Source of the DNA: Candidatus Levyibacteriota bacterium
GTDB taxonomy: Bacteria; Patescibacteriota; Microgenomatia; Levybacterales; UBA12049
NCBI GenBank assembly: GCA_963716145.1
Contig: OY970292.1
Coordinates: 1,029,404 to 1,093,403, forward strand
DNA length: 64,000 nucleotides
Reading direction: 5' to 3'
Shown here in pieces: positions 28,636 to 39,788 of this stretch. Positions within the stretch are counted from its first letter, which is position 1; each line of letters begins with the position of its first letter. A program made the translations under genes and the position numbers. The notes under the pieces were generated by a model. The model was not told where the DNA came from. It made no database searches and saw only the letters and a program-made list of their open reading frames with translations.

Positions 28636-29766
28636 TTAAGTTCTTACCTTAAGACTCTCTCCTTTGAAAACAATACTTTTTGGTTTAACTACAACTTGTC
28701 TTTCTCCTTTTTCAACATAACCAGCGTCAATACTTTCAAAACTATTTTTCTTTACAATTGCTTGTGCATTTTTTATATCTTTTTCCGGTAGATAAATTGC
28801 GTAATCCATCCCCATGTTAAATTCATCATACATTTCATAATTAGTTAGCCCTGCATGTTCCTGCATGAATAGAAATAATTCCTGAGGATCAAACATTTTT
28901 TCGATTATGTATGAATAGTCCTGCCTGGCGCGCATTAACTTTCTAAAACCATGGCCGGTGATATTTGAGATATAGTGAATATCAATATGTGCGTCCAGCA
29001 GTTCCTGTATAAGTTTGGTATAGATATTAGTTTTTTTAAGAATTGATTCACCATACATCTCACCGCTTTTTAGTTTTGTTGCATATCCGTCGGAAAGTCC
29101 TTTTGCAATTGCTCTTGCCAGCGACAGACCGTTTGCGTTAATTCCGGTACTCTTAAGAAGAAGTATCCTATCTCCTGATTTTAGATTTTTATCATTTATA
29201 ATTCTTTTTTTGTCTTTTATAATTCCAACACATGATCCTCCAAGAGCAACTGTATTAGGTGTAATTATTCCTTTGATTGTTGGTGTTTCTCCGCCTCCCC
29301 AACTGGCACCGGCAAGATCACATGCTGATTTCCATCCGGCAATTAGGTCAGTCATTCTCTCTGTATCCTGGAGCCAATCATTATTCTCAATAGCCCAATA
29401 AGCATGAAGTACAAGAGGCTGTGCTCCCACAGTCGTAAGGTCATTAATAATTGTCGCAACAGTATCGTGGGCAATAATATCATAATAAGTTTTTCCGGTT
29501 ATCTTGCGGGTTTCATCAGCGACTAGATTTTTGGTACCCAGTTGCTCAGCAACAGAAGCCATATAGACATCTCCCTGCTTCCAGACATATGCTGACTCGC
29601 CACGTGAATCGGAGACCTCTTCAAATCCATACTTTTTAAGATTTTCACCCGTTTTCTCAGCGGCTTTCTGGGCCAGAATTTTGATGGGGTCTTTGGTGTC
29701 GTAATTGTCGCCAACTTCAGAATATGTAATTTTCTGCTTTTTCATTTTCTTAATGTATTCTATCAA
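28636..29766 (-). CDS. purM: Phosphoribosylformylglycinamidine cyclo-ligase (AIR synthetase)
   Basis: PurM/AIRS fold: GGGETPTIKG matches GGETAEMPG, and TGHGF matches TGGG. Member of the pur cluster. Confidence 0.7.
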   Translation of the reverse strand: MIEYIKKMKKQKITYSEVGDNYDTKDPIKILAQKAAEKTGENLKKYGFEEVSDSRGESAYVWKQGDVYMASVAEQLGTKNLVADETRKITGKTYYDIIAHDTVATIINDLTTVGAQPLVLHAYWAIENNDWLQDTERMTDLIAGWKSACDLAGASWGGGETPTIKGIITPNTVALGGSCVGIIKDKKRIINDKNLKSGDRILLLKSTGINANGLSLARAIAKGLSDGYATKLKSGEMYGESILKKTNIYTKLIQELLDAHIDIHYISNITGHGFRKLMRARQDYSYIIEKMFDPQELFLFMQEHAGLTNYEMYDEFNMGMDYAIYLPEKDIKNAQAIVKKNSFESIDAGYVEKGERQVVVKPKSIVFKGESLKVRT

Positions 29767-29791
29767 TAATACACTTCAATTAAAAGGTTTG

Positions 29792-30643
29792 TTAAGTTGA
29801 AGTTAAAAGTAAAACGCCGATTATTGTTACTCCCGTGCCAATTAATTTTTTACCGATATTCTCTCTTTCTTTAAGAAAAATAATTCCTGCCAGAACCGAA
29901 AATATAAGCATTCCTTGATAGATAGCATTTACTTTGCTTGCTTCACCGATCCGTAAAGCTATTATAAAAAGATAGAGAGCTATTGCATTAAGGAATGGGG
30001 CAAAGGTTTTAAGAGACCAATTTGTCTGTTTCATTGCGTGTAATTTGATCCCAAAATTTTTGATAAATAGCGGAAATATAAGAATTACGGGCAATATCAT
30101 AATTGCATTCAGTACAGAGTTGGAACCATATGGCAGTGCCATTTTTAGTATTACATTATTAAGTGCCGTTATAAAGGCTCCTATACTCGCATACATTGCG
30201 CCTTTGTCAATAAAAAATTTTCTAGGTGCGATTACAAAACTTAGCCCAGTAAAAAGTATCAGAATTCCAAAATATTCAGATATTTTCAAATTTTCTCCCA
30301 AAACAAAAAAAGCAATGACAGCAACCCAAATAAGCCGAGTCCGAGAAATAATGCTGGAAATTGATAAGTGACTAAAAGAATGCATCTTTACAAAAAAGTA
30401 AACAGCTAGCCATTCTGTCAGACCAAGTAGGATAAAGATTATTACTGATTTTGTATTTAAAGTAAGTTTCCAATCAAAAATAGCAATGGTAATGAATATT
30501 AAAAACTTTAGAGTTTCCAAATACCATGCATATATAATTGGGTCGTCGTTATCTTTCAAGATAAAGCGGCTCAAGAAGTTGAAAGCATTTGATGCGAGTC
30601 CGGCGAGTATGGCAATAAATATCCAATTTTGAAATAAAAACAT
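29792..30643 (-). CDS. Polytopic membrane protein, DMT/EamA-like transporter
   Basis: About 9-10 predicted TM helices, two-halves architecture, 283 aa. Embedded in the pur cluster. Confidence 0.4.
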   Translation of the reverse strand: MFLFQNWIFIAILAGLASNAFNFLSRFILKDNDDPIIYAWYLETLKFLIFITIAIFDWKLTLNTKSVIIFILLGLTEWLAVYFFVKMHSFSHLSISSIISRTRLIWVAVIAFFVLGENLKISEYFGILILFTGLSFVIAPRKFFIDKGAMYASIGAFITALNNVILKMALPYGSNSVLNAIMILPVILIFPLFIKNFGIKLHAMKQTNWSLKTFAPFLNAIALYLFIIALRIGEASKVNAIYQGMLIFSVLAGIIFLKERENIGKKLIGTGVTIIGVLLLTST

Positions 30644-30646
30644 AAG

Positions 30647-31624
30647 TTTATATAACTTTCGCTTTTTTGAGGTTTTGCTTTATTCTCTCCTCAATTGGAT
30701 ACTCATATGCCTTGAATTTTTTACCTGTCAATTTTTCGTACACACTGATGTATCTCTGAGCAGTTTGAACTATTAACTCCGGGCCATTTTGGGAGGTTTT
30801 CCATTCCCGTTATATCCTTGTTTCGCATACCAAAGCCTGATAAATTCCTTGTCAAAATTTTCCGGCTCAACGCCCGCGGAGAATCTTTTTCTATACGTTT
30901 CTTCGATCCAGAAGCGGGAGCTATCAGGTGTGTGAATCTCGTCAATCAGTATTAATTTTCCATTATGTAGTCCAAACTCATATTTTGTATCTACTAAAAT
31001 AAGTCCTTGTTTTTTAGAAACAGCGGACCCGAACTTAAAAAGCTCCAATGATGCTTTTTCCATTTGTGCATAAATTTTAGGAGAGACCAATTTTTTTTCA
31101 AGAATTTCTTTTTTGGTTAGTCTGGTATCGTGTCCGCCTTTGCCAGTCATATCTCCGTGATAGGTAGGTGTTATAACGGGAGTTGGCAGCAATTGATTTT
31201 TCTTTAGACCATCGGGAAATTTAATTCCGTAAATTAACCTTTCTCCTTTTTCATAAGATCCCCAAATTGACGTTACAGTAACTCCGGAAATATAGCCTCT
31301 TACAACCATCTCAACAGGAATAAGCTCACAATTTTTGGAGATTAAAACATTGGGATCGGGAATTGAAACGAGATGATTTGGGACTATATGTTTTGTTTTT
31401 TCAAACCAGAAAGCAGCTAGTTGATTTAGAACTGCTCCTTTGAATGGAACACAACCAAGCATGACATCAAAAGCGGATTGGCGGTCTGTTGTGATCGTTA
31501 TTCGTTTATCGCCCTGAATGTAAAAATCTCTTACTTTTCCCTGGTACTTTTTTCCAAGATTTGGGAGATTTATAGTTTTTAATACATGCGGTAAAGAGTT
31601 AAGAATTTTTTTTTCTGAAATCAT
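30647..31624 (-). CDS. purC: SAICAR synthetase; reading frame broken by a 1-nt deletion in an A-run near 30787-30790
   Basis: YQGKVRDFY and [11 protein letters not shown] motifs. The listed ORF ends ...[11 protein letters not shown]. The -1 frame continues as ...[46 protein letters not shown], a canonical PurC C-terminus, down to the stop at 30647-30649. Confidence 0.75.
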
Positions 31625-32157
31625 TTATTATTATCTTCAAGATATTTTTTGTAACCGATATTTTCAAGTTTTTGTGCTTTTTCCAAAATTTGATTTTCCA
31701 GATTCTTTTGATAATTAGCAACTTTTTCCTGAACATTCTTATCACTTGTGCCGACTATTCTTGCAGCAAGAAGACCTGCGTTTTTGGCACCGTTTACAGA
31801 AACTGTTGCAACAGGAATCCCAGGCGGCATTTGAGCTATTGAAAGAAGAGAGTCTAGCCCATCCATAGTTGTTGTTTTTATAGGAACACCAATTACAGGA
31901 AGTGGAGTCATGGAAGCAGTCATTCCGGGTAAATGTGCTGATCCACCGGCTCCTGCGATAATGACTTTTAGCCCACGATTTGCCGCTGATCTAGCATATT
32001 CATACATTTTTTCAGGAGTGCGATGTGCTGAGACTACAGTTACTTCGTGAGCTATTTCAAATTCTTCCAATATCTTTGCAGCCTCACTCATAACTGGAAG
32101 GTCTGAATCTGAGCCCATTATTATGCCGACGATTGGATTATTGTTTAATTGCTTCAT
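31621..32157 (-). CDS. purE: N5-carboxyaminoimidazole ribonucleotide mutase
   Basis: [13 protein letters not shown] and HLPGM motifs. Confidence 0.85.
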   Translation of the reverse strand: MKQLNNNPIVGIIMGSDSDLPVMSEAAKILEEFEIAHEVTVVSAHRTPEKMYEYARSAANRGLKVIIAGAGGSAHLPGMTASMTPLPVIGVPIKTTTMDGLDSLLSIAQMPPGIPVATVSVNGAKNAGLLAARIVGTSDKNVQEKVANYQKNLENQILEKAQKLENIGYKKYLEDNNK

Positions 32158-32159
32158 TG

Positions 32160-33287
32160 TTAAATTGTTATCAACGCTCTAGCTTTTTTTGCTTTTTCCA
32201 AACATTCCTCAATGGAATTGCCCACAACTGTTATGTGGCCCATTTTGCGCTCCGGCTTTGTATCAAGTTTACCATAAATATGGACCTTTACACCAGGGAT
32301 TTTTTGGGCTTTTTCAATTCCCTTGGGATCAGCTTTTCCGGTTCTGTCACCTAAGATGTTAATCATAACTGCTGCCGGTTTGTTTACTTCAGTAGATCCA
32401 AGAGGCATTCCTGTTACGGCTCTTATATGTTGCTCAAATTGAGAAGTTTTATTCGCTTCGATTGTATGATGACCGGAGTTATGAACGCGAGGGGCGATTT
32501 CATTAATTAGAACCTTTCCATCTTTAGTTAAAAACATTTCTATTCCAAAAACTCCCGCACCTTTAAGGTGTTTCATGGTTTCTATTGCCAATTTCTCAGC
32601 CAGTTGTGCAATTTTTTTATCAACAGGAGCAGGGCATAGAAGATAGTGTAAGATATTATTTTTGTGAATAGTTTCAACCACCGGATAGGTTAGGATTTTG
32701 CCCTTGGTACTTCTTGCTACCACAACAGCTAGTTCTTTAACAAATGGCACAAATTTTTCTACATACAATTTTCTTCCCCGGAGCTTGTCAATTGCACTAT
32801 TAATCTGGGATTCATCTTTTATTAATGCATTTCCCCTTCCATCGTATGCGTCAAAACGGGCCTTTAAAAGGATTGGAAAACTAAATTTTGCTATTGTTCC
32901 TAAAATATCCTCTCTTGTGTTTACATCGCTAAAGTCAGCAACAGGAATTCTAGATTTTTTTAGAAACTCTTTTTGCTTAAATTTATCCCTTATAATTTCA
33001 AGGGTTTTAGCAGTTGGGTTTATTTTAAGACCTTTTTCCTCAAGCTCTTTTAATATGTCTGAATTTGCCAGCTCAATTTCAAAAGTAAGAAAATCTGAAA
33101 TATCACCCAGTTGTCTGATAGCATTTTCATCTTTAAAGTCGGCTGTGATTTGTCTATCCGCAATTTGCCCGGCAGGGCTATTGGGAGTTGGGTCAATGAT
33201 ATTTACAGTGAAGCCCAATTTTTTCGCAGGAATTGTCAGCATTCTTCCCAGTTGTCCGCCTCCAACAATGCCTATCCTTTTTTTCAT
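32160..33287 (-). CDS. purK: N5-CAIR synthetase (ATP-grasp)
   Basis: [18 protein letters not shown]-terminus, ATP-grasp core, 375 aa. Adjacent to purE. Confidence 0.8.
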   Translation of the reverse strand: MKKRIGIVGGGQLGRMLTIPAKKLGFTVNIIDPTPNSPAGQIADRQITADFKDENAIRQLGDISDFLTFEIELANSDILKELEEKGLKINPTAKTLEIIRDKFKQKEFLKKSRIPVADFSDVNTREDILGTIAKFSFPILLKARFDAYDGRGNALIKDESQINSAIDKLRGRKLYVEKFVPFVKELAVVVARSTKGKILTYPVVETIHKNNILHYLLCPAPVDKKIAQLAEKLAIETMKHLKGAGVFGIEMFLTKDGKVLINEIAPRVHNSGHHTIEANKTSQFEQHIRAVTGMPLGSTEVNKPAAVMINILGDRTGKADPKGIEKAQKIPGVKVHIYGKLDTKPERKMGHITVVGNSIEECLEKAKKARALITI

Positions 33288-34693
33288 TTATCTTTTCGAG
33301 ATGTTTTAATCTCTGCTATTGCTCTTTCGGTCAGTTCAACAGCAAGGCCAATATAATTTTCAGGGGTGAGATTTAGCAGTATTGTTTTTGCTTCCTGATT
33401 AATTTGTAATTTTTCCATCCATGCTTTCCAATTTTTTTCATCTGTATGACTGCCTCTAATAATTGAAGAAACCTTAGAGTATGGATCATTATCTTCAAAT
33501 TTTCTTAATATTGTTTGTAGTCCTTCGCTAAGTATGCTCCAATCCTTATTAAGGTTTTCTGCTAGTTTTTCCGTATTAGGCTTAATTCTGGAAATACCAG
33601 ACAATGTGCTTTTATATCCAACTAATGAATATCCCAAAATAGCTCCATAATTTCGTACAGTGGTGCTATCGGATAGGTCCCGTTGTAGACGTGAGATCAA
33701 TAGTTTGCGGGAAAAGAACTCTATTAAAGAATTTGCTAATCCAAGATTTCCTTCGCTGTTTTCAAAGTCAATTGGATTTACTTTTTGAGGCATTGTTGAC
33801 GAACCAACCTCTCCATGTATAATTTCTTGAACGAACCACTCATCGCTAATATAACGCCATAAATCCTGATCAAAACCAATTAGTATAGAATTTAGCCTTT
33901 GATATATTTGTAAAAACTCGACAACATCATCATAGGGGTTTATTTGTGTTGTAAATAGATTCGGAGTAAGTCCTAGTGAGGAAACGAATTTATCAGAAAA
34001 TGATAGCCAGTCGATATCTGGATACGCTAGTTGTAGTGCATTAAAATTACCAACAGCACCATTTAGTTTACCAGTTAATTTTTGACGTTTAAGTTTTATG
34101 ACTTGGGTATTAATGCGAATTGCAAAAGTAGAAAATTCTTTCCCAAGAGTTGTCGGTACTGCAGGCTGTCCATGTGTTCGTGCAAGCATTGGAACGCTTT
34201 TAAATTTATCTGAAATTTCTAAAATACTATCAATTAATTTATTCATAATTGGAAGTAAAATTTGGTGAGTTGCCTGATGCAATTGTAATCTGTAAGCAAG
34301 ATTATTAATGTCCTCAGAAGTTAATCCAAAATGTATCATTTCCAACTGCGATTTCGTTAAAAAGCTTTTAAGTCGGATACGAAGCATTTTTTCAACCGCT
34401 TTTACATCATGCCTTGTTTCCATTTCGTGATCTTTTACCTCTTTAATCATCTCATCAATAGAGCCACTTTTTATTAAATCCTCTAATTGATTTACTTGCT
34501 CAGTTGTCATAAATTTTTTAGCAATATCTGCGTTTGATAAAGCAATAAGATATTTAATTTCTATTTCTATGCGGTTTTTGATTAAACCGTATTCCGAAAC
34601 AATTGGTGCGAGTTCTTCAACTTTAGAACGGTACCTTCCATCAAGCGAGGAGATTGCTGTTAATTCAGACAGTGTTGTTTTTTGACTATTCAT
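33284..34693 (-). CDS. purB: Adenylosuccinate lyase
   Basis: LTAISSLDGRYRSKV N-terminus, fumarase/lyase class II fold, 469 aa. Confidence 0.8.
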   Translation of the reverse strand: MNSQKTTLSELTAISSLDGRYRSKVEELAPIVSEYGLIKNRIEIEIKYLIALSNADIAKKFMTTEQVNQLEDLIKSGSIDEMIKEVKDHEMETRHDVKAVEKMLRIRLKSFLTKSQLEMIHFGLTSEDINNLAYRLQLHQATHQILLPIMNKLIDSILEISDKFKSVPMLARTHGQPAVPTTLGKEFSTFAIRINTQVIKLKRQKLTGKLNGAVGNFNALQLAYPDIDWLSFSDKFVSSLGLTPNLFTTQINPYDDVVEFLQIYQRLNSILIGFDQDLWRYISDEWFVQEIIHGEVGSSTMPQKVNPIDFENSEGNLGLANSLIEFFSRKLLISRLQRDLSDSTTVRNYGAILGYSLVGYKSTLSGISRIKPNTEKLAENLNKDWSILSEGLQTILRKFEDNDPYSKVSSIIRGSHTDEKNWKAWMEKLQINQEAKTILLNLTPENYIGLAVELTERAIAEIKTSRKDK

Positions 34694-34695
34694 AT

Positions 34696-35787
34696 TTAAC
34701 TAATAATATCATCTAGCTTATTCATCTTTACAGCTTCTTTTATTTCCATAGCAATGCGTCTCCCAACATTTATCGGCTCTCCAAATAAATATCCGCTATA
34801 GGGAGTGGCAGTAATTCCGGGAGAACCAGGGAAACGGGGAGAGACATCAATTACAACTATTTCTTTTCTGGGGCGACCAGGAACAATGAATGATTGCAAA
34901 GCAAAAGGCCCGATGACACCAGGGGAGGCGAGTTTTTTAGTAGCAGCAACAAACCGTTCGCCCAATTCAAATATTTCCTCAAGCATTGACTCAAGAACCG
35001 TAACGGCAGTATGACTTGCTTCATCATAGGAAACAGTAAGTTTTTTCAGAACTTCTTCCTGATAATTTATAGGTAGTTTTGTTATTCCCTCAAAATTTGT
35101 CTGGCGTCTGGTGTCAGTTCCTAATAATTCTAAGCGGTTATGTAAAGGGGAGTAAAAAAAGTTAAAGTTTACCTGCACACCCACAATAAATTCTTCAATC
35201 ACCGCTTTTTTAAGTTGATATTCTGTAAATAAACCGATGTACATTTTTTGTTCGGTTTGTTTTAAATAATCTTCATAGCTGTCAACTATGAAAAACGCAC
35301 GCTCGAATTCATTTTCTTTTTCCAGCACTTTAACAATGCAAAGCCTGTCAATCTTTTTAGGATTTGTAAATAGTTTTGGATAGCGGATATTCGCGCTATC
35401 TAGTAGATCATATTGATTTGGTTTAAAACCACGCTCCTCAACTCTTAATAAATGTTTGTTGCCAAACATGGGAACTTTAAAGTTTTTTTCAATAGCGTCG
35501 TAGTTATTTATATAAACTTCAAATGATCTGTTTGGAATAAAGATTGCATTTCTGCTTTTTAACTTCTCCTGAACCTCGGATTTGAGAACGTCGGAGAACT
35601 TATCAACCAACAAAATTTCATCAACACAACCAAGCGCGCCTTGGGTTTTATAATATTTTGCATACGTTTGATCCCGTCCTTTCTGAGCTACAATTAAATT
35701 TTTAAAACCTTCGTCTTTGGCACCGCGCGCTACTTCAAGGGCGGAGTGACTGCCAATTGTGGCGATTGTGATGTTTGATTTATTCAT
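34696..35787 (-). CDS. purP: Archaeal-type FAICAR synthetase PurP (formate-dependent, ATP-grasp with DUF1297), copy 1
   Basis: ITIATIGSHSALEVARGAKDEGF matches the PurP N-terminal signature (IATLGSHSALQILKGAKDEGF). About 360 aa. Confidence 0.7.
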   Translation of the reverse strand: MNKSNITIATIGSHSALEVARGAKDEGFKNLIVAQKGRDQTYAKYYKTQGALGCVDEILLVDKFSDVLKSEVQEKLKSRNAIFIPNRSFEVYINNYDAIEKNFKVPMFGNKHLLRVEERGFKPNQYDLLDSANIRYPKLFTNPKKIDRLCIVKVLEKENEFERAFFIVDSYEDYLKQTEQKMYIGLFTEYQLKKAVIEEFIVGVQVNFNFFYSPLHNRLELLGTDTRRQTNFEGITKLPINYQEEVLKKLTVSYDEASHTAVTVLESMLEEIFELGERFVAATKKLASPGVIGPFALQSFIVPGRPRKEIVVIDVSPRFPGSPGITATPYSGYLFGEPINVGRRIAMEIKEAVKMNKLDDIIS

Positions 35788-36422
35788 TTTTTTAGTTCAA
35801 TATCAATTCCAGAAAGCTCCTCAACAAAGAAATCAACTCCATCAGTTTTGAGTTTGATATATCCTGTGTTTTCAAATTTTTTCCCTCCAAGCCCTTTATA
35901 TGTTGTTATTCCTAAATGTATGAGAAGCGTTTTCATAATAGAAACATGACCTATTATCAAAACTTTTTTCCCTGCATACGCGATTGCTATTTCGCGAAGA
36001 GTTGTTAAAAATCGAGAAATAACCTCATCATCTGTTTCACGTCCTTCTGCCATAACAACTTTTTTCCATTCGTCATAAGGAAGATTGACTCTCATCTCGT
36101 AAAACTTTTTTAATTCATCCTTTAATTCATCAATACCTTTTCCTTCAAGTACTCCGTGGTTCCGTTCCCTTAGCGCTTCTTTGGTAAGTATTGCCAGTTT
36201 GTGTTCTTCGGCAATTATTTTTGCAGTTTGTTGAGCTCTCACCAAAGGAGATGTAAAAATTGTATCGAATTTAATTTTCTTAAGATTTTTTGCCGCTGCT
36301 TTTGCCTGCTCATGCCCTTTTTCCGTTAATTCCCGGTCGAGTCCATAGGTATCAACAGGATAATTGCCGTGAGACTGTCCATGACGTACTAAATAAACTG
36401 TGCAATAATTTTTATTATTCAT
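35784..36422 (-). CDS. Histidine phosphatase (phosphoglycerate mutase-like) family protein
   Basis: VYLVRHGQSHGN catalytic RHG motif, and a C-terminal GHVS histidine. Confidence 0.65.
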   Translation of the reverse strand: MNNKNYCTVYLVRHGQSHGNYPVDTYGLDRELTEKGHEQAKAAAKNLKKIKFDTIFTSPLVRAQQTAKIIAEEHKLAILTKEALRERNHGVLEGKGIDELKDELKKFYEMRVNLPYDEWKKVVMAEGRETDDEVISRFLTTLREIAIAYAGKKVLIIGHVSIMKTLLIHLGITTYKGLGGKKFENTGYIKLKTDGVDFFVEELSGIDIELKK

Positions 36423-36423
36423 A

Positions 36424-37968
36424 TTAATGTTTAAATGCTCTAACTCCTGTCATTATCATCGCAACTCCCGCTTCGTTGCAAGCATCAATGGTTTCCTGAT
36501 CTCTTATTGATCCACCCGGTTGGATAATTGCTTTAATACCAGCTTGAATTAGTATATCAGGTCCGTCTCGGAAGGGGAAAAAACCATCCGTTGCCGCAAC
36601 AGAGCCTGTTAAAGGTTTGATAGCTTTTTTGACGCAAAGTTCGCAACAGCGCTTGCGGTCTTGTTGCCCAACTCCGGATGCAACTAGTGCTCCATTTTTT
36701 ACCGTGACAACACAGTTGGATTTACTAACTTGGGATATTTTCCATGCAAATAAAAGATCACTAAGCTGTTCTGTAGTTGGTTTTTTTTGAGTAACACATT
36801 TTAGATCGTTTTTTGTCAATTCATAGGTGTCGGTATCTTGCATTAAAAATCCGCCTCGAATCTTTTTTATCTCCTGGTATTTTTTAAGATATGGTTTTGA
36901 CAAGTCCGTATTTTTTAACAATTGTAATTTTGGTCTAGCAGAAAAAATTTCCAGAGCTTTTTTAGAAAAATCAGGCGCTACAACTATCTCAAAAAACTTT
37001 TTATCCGCAAGCATGGATTCGGCAAGCTCACCACCAACAGGTCTGTTGAAAATTATTACTCCACCAAAGGCAGCCAAAGGATCTCCGTCAAACCAGGCTT
37101 TTTGAAAGGTATCTTCTATTTTGTCGGCAATAGCTGCGCCGCAAGGATTAGTGTGCTTAAGGATTATACATGCCGGAGAATTTGCGCCGATCAGCGAGAT
37201 TGTCTGAAGACCAGCATCGAGATCAAGGTAATTATTGTAGGATGTTTCTTTTCCTTGAAGCAATTTAAATTCTCCCAAACCTAATCCATCGTCACTTTTT
37301 CCGTCTTTGAAAAACGCCGCGTTTTGATGCGGATTTTCTCCATAGCGCAGTTTTTTGCCATTTTGTAGGGAAATAAATTTATCGGGTCCATCAATTTGCT
37401 CTTGAAAATAGTTCGCAATCATCGCGTCATAACTTGCTACATATGAAAAAGCAGTTGTTGCAAGAATATTTCTCAATTCCTCAGTTGTTTTTGAATTTTT
37501 CAAAATTTCATCCCGGACAATTTCATAGTCTTTAGGGTCAACAATCACAGTTACGCTTTTATAATTTTTGGCTGCTGAGCGGACCATGGTAGGGCCGCCA
37601 ATATCAATCATTTCAATTCCGGGTTTATCTGCAAATGGGTAGAAATTGCAAATTACAAAATCAATTATAGGTGTTTGGAGTTCTCCTGTTTGTTTTGTAT
37701 GCTTTTTATTTGCTCGGTCAAATAAAAGACCTGATGCTATTTGAAAACTTATTGTTTTGACCCTACCGTCAAAACTTTCGGGAGATTTAGTGATTTCTTC
37801 AATTGGAGTTATCTTTATTCCGTTTTTTACTAAATGTTGTGCTGTTCCTCCGGTTGATATAATATTAATTCCTTTGTTAGTCAGAGTTTTTGCGAGATCC
37901 AAAATACCGGTTTTATCATAAACACTGATAAGAGCATATTTTTGATTTATTTTTTTTCCTTTGCTCAT
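36424..37968 (-). CDS. purH: Bifunctional AICAR transformylase / IMP cyclohydrolase
   Basis: ALISVYDKTGILDLAKTL (MGS-like IMPCH domain), an AICARFT C-terminal domain, 514 aa. Confidence 0.85.
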   Translation of the reverse strand: MSKGKKINQKYALISVYDKTGILDLAKTLTNKGINIISTGGTAQHLVKNGIKITPIEEITKSPESFDGRVKTISFQIASGLLFDRANKKHTKQTGELQTPIIDFVICNFYPFADKPGIEMIDIGGPTMVRSAAKNYKSVTVIVDPKDYEIVRDEILKNSKTTEELRNILATTAFSYVASYDAMIANYFQEQIDGPDKFISLQNGKKLRYGENPHQNAAFFKDGKSDDGLGLGEFKLLQGKETSYNNYLDLDAGLQTISLIGANSPACIILKHTNPCGAAIADKIEDTFQKAWFDGDPLAAFGGVIIFNRPVGGELAESMLADKKFFEIVVAPDFSKKALEIFSARPKLQLLKNTDLSKPYLKKYQEIKKIRGGFLMQDTDTYELTKNDLKCVTQKKPTTEQLSDLLFAWKISQVSKSNCVVTVKNGALVASGVGQQDRKRCCELCVKKAIKPLTGSVAATDGFFPFRDGPDILIQAGIKAIIQPGGSIRDQETIDACNEAGVAMIMTGVRAFKH

Positions 37969-37970
37969 AA

Positions 37971-38987
37971 TTAATCAAGAATTAGTGGCAGGCGATCCTC
38001 TTTAATCGCATTTTTTATCTCCCTGGCAATTCTGCGCCCGGTACTCATTGGTTCATTGTAGTAAAGCCATGAGTAGGGAGAGCCATTTATAAATAGGTTA
38101 GTTCCCGCAACAATCCTACAGGAAATTTCCAAAACATAAAACCTAGCGTCAGGGGTAATAATTGTTTCAAGACAAAATGGACCAAAAATTCCTCTATTAT
38201 CAATTAATTTTTTTGACTCAGCTATGGCTTTTTTGGCCATCTCGTAAGCTTCTGAAAGCATGCTTTCACGAAGAACCAAATCGCTATTACCGACAACCAC
38301 GTAGCTTGGTTCAATGTCAAGTTCCTCCTGTCCCAAAAGGGGAATTCTTCCTATTCCATCAGCGTTAGTTTCATAGCGCCGGTCCATACTCATAATTTCC
38401 AGTTTGTCAGACAGCGGAGAGTAAAAATAGTGAATATATAGGGGAACTCCTATGACGTACTCCTGGATTACAAATTTTTTACCATCCAAGGTACTTATTT
38501 TCTTTTCGAAATCCGTTCTATTTTTTGCATAGAAGTAGCCTTTCCCCCCGGCGGCACCATAGGACTTAACAATAATGGGATATTTGACAGGTTCATTTTC
38601 AAAATCAAATTGACGGGGGACATTAATTCCCGCGTCTTTTAACCATTTACGCTGCATTTGCCTATCTTCTTCCCAATCAAGAACTTTTTTATTGCCATAA
38701 TATAAAACATTCATAGCCTTGTTTTTTTCAGCACCAAGGTAGGCTACAAATGAGCCATGGGGAATGAGAATAACATTTTTATCAATTAATTCTTTCTCAA
38801 CTGATGGAAATTCGGAAAAGGATGGGAGAGTTACAAATTCGTCAATAAAAGGAAATGTTTTATAGAACTCGAGCTTATCGGGTTTGGTTATAATCAAGGT
38901 TTTAAATCCTTCATCTTTTGCGCCCTTTAGAATCTGTAGAGCAGAGTGACTTCCAAGCGTTCCTAGAGTATATTGTTTGTCTTTCAT
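37971..38987 (-). CDS. PurP paralog (archaeal-type FAICAR synthetase family), copy 2
   Basis: YTLGTLGSHSALQILKGAKDEGF, near-identical to the archaeal PurP signature. 338 aa. Confidence 0.65.
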   Translation of the reverse strand: MKDKQYTLGTLGSHSALQILKGAKDEGFKTLIITKPDKLEFYKTFPFIDEFVTLPSFSEFPSVEKELIDKNVILIPHGSFVAYLGAEKNKAMNVLYYGNKKVLDWEEDRQMQRKWLKDAGINVPRQFDFENEPVKYPIIVKSYGAAGGKGYFYAKNRTDFEKKISTLDGKKFVIQEYVIGVPLYIHYFYSPLSDKLEIMSMDRRYETNADGIGRIPLLGQEELDIEPSYVVVGNSDLVLRESMLSEAYEMAKKAIAESKKLIDNRGIFGPFCLETIITPDARFYVLEISCRIVAGTNLFINGSPYSWLYYNEPMSTGRRIAREIKNAIKEDRLPLILD

Positions 38988-38988
38988 A

Positions 38989-39786
38989 TTATTTAAAATA
39001 TTTTACTGCATTTTTAAATATTTGTAATCCGGGACCTTCTGTTGGTAATTTCCTTCCCTCTCTATTATACTTTTCTTTTAACAATTGCCAATCGGGAAGT
39101 TGGTTAAAAAACATTCCCCGTTCAGGATGGGGCATAAGACCCAAAATTTTTCCTGACTCATCGGTAATTCCCGCAATATCATCAACTGAGCCGTTAGGAT
39201 TAGCAGGAAGATTAAGATACGTACTCATTTCACTCTTTATATATTGTAACGCAATTTGTTTATTTTTATGTAATTTTTGAAGATCGTCCTTGGAAGTAAA
39301 AAACTTTCCCTCACCATGAGCAATTGGCAGTGATAGATTATCTATTCCAGTAAGCCAAGGAGTTTTGGACACAACCTTCATATCGGTCCAGCGAGTGATG
39401 AGACGTGCCGATTCATTATTAATTAGAGCAACTCCTCTTTCTCCGTAGTTTTTAGCAAATGCAGGAATAAGACCAAGGTTGGTAACAATCTGACAACCAT
39501 TACAAATTCCAATCACAAGTTTATCTTTCTCAAGAAATTTTAGAATCTGCTCCCAAAGATGGCTTCTTACTGTATGTGCATACGCATTGCCAGCTCCGGT
39601 GTCATCCCCATACGCAAATCCCCCAGGGAAAGAAAGTATTTGATATTGGGTTAATTTATACTTTCCATCGACAATATCATTAATGTGAGCAATGTCAATA
39701 GCAGCTCCGGCCAATTCAAAACCATATGCTGTTTCTTCTTCTGAATTTAGTCCGTATCCGGAAAAGATAAGTACTTTAGGTTTCAT
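38989..39786 (-). CDS. purQ: FGAM synthase I, glutaminase subunit
   Basis: Class I GATase: GICNGCQIV (Cys nucleophile), LSFPGGFAYGDD, HPERG. Confidence 0.8.
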   Translation of the reverse strand: MKPKVLIFSGYGLNSEEETAYGFELAGAAIDIAHINDIVDGKYKLTQYQILSFPGGFAYGDDTGAGNAYAHTVRSHLWEQILKFLEKDKLVIGICNGCQIVTNLGLIPAFAKNYGERGVALINNESARLITRWTDMKVVSKTPWLTGIDNLSLPIAHGEGKFFTSKDDLQKLHKNKQIALQYIKSEMSTYLNLPANPNGSVDDIAGITDESGKILGLMPHPERGMFFNQLPDWQLLKEKYNREGRKLPTEGPGLQIFKNAVKYFK

Positions 39787-39788
39787 AA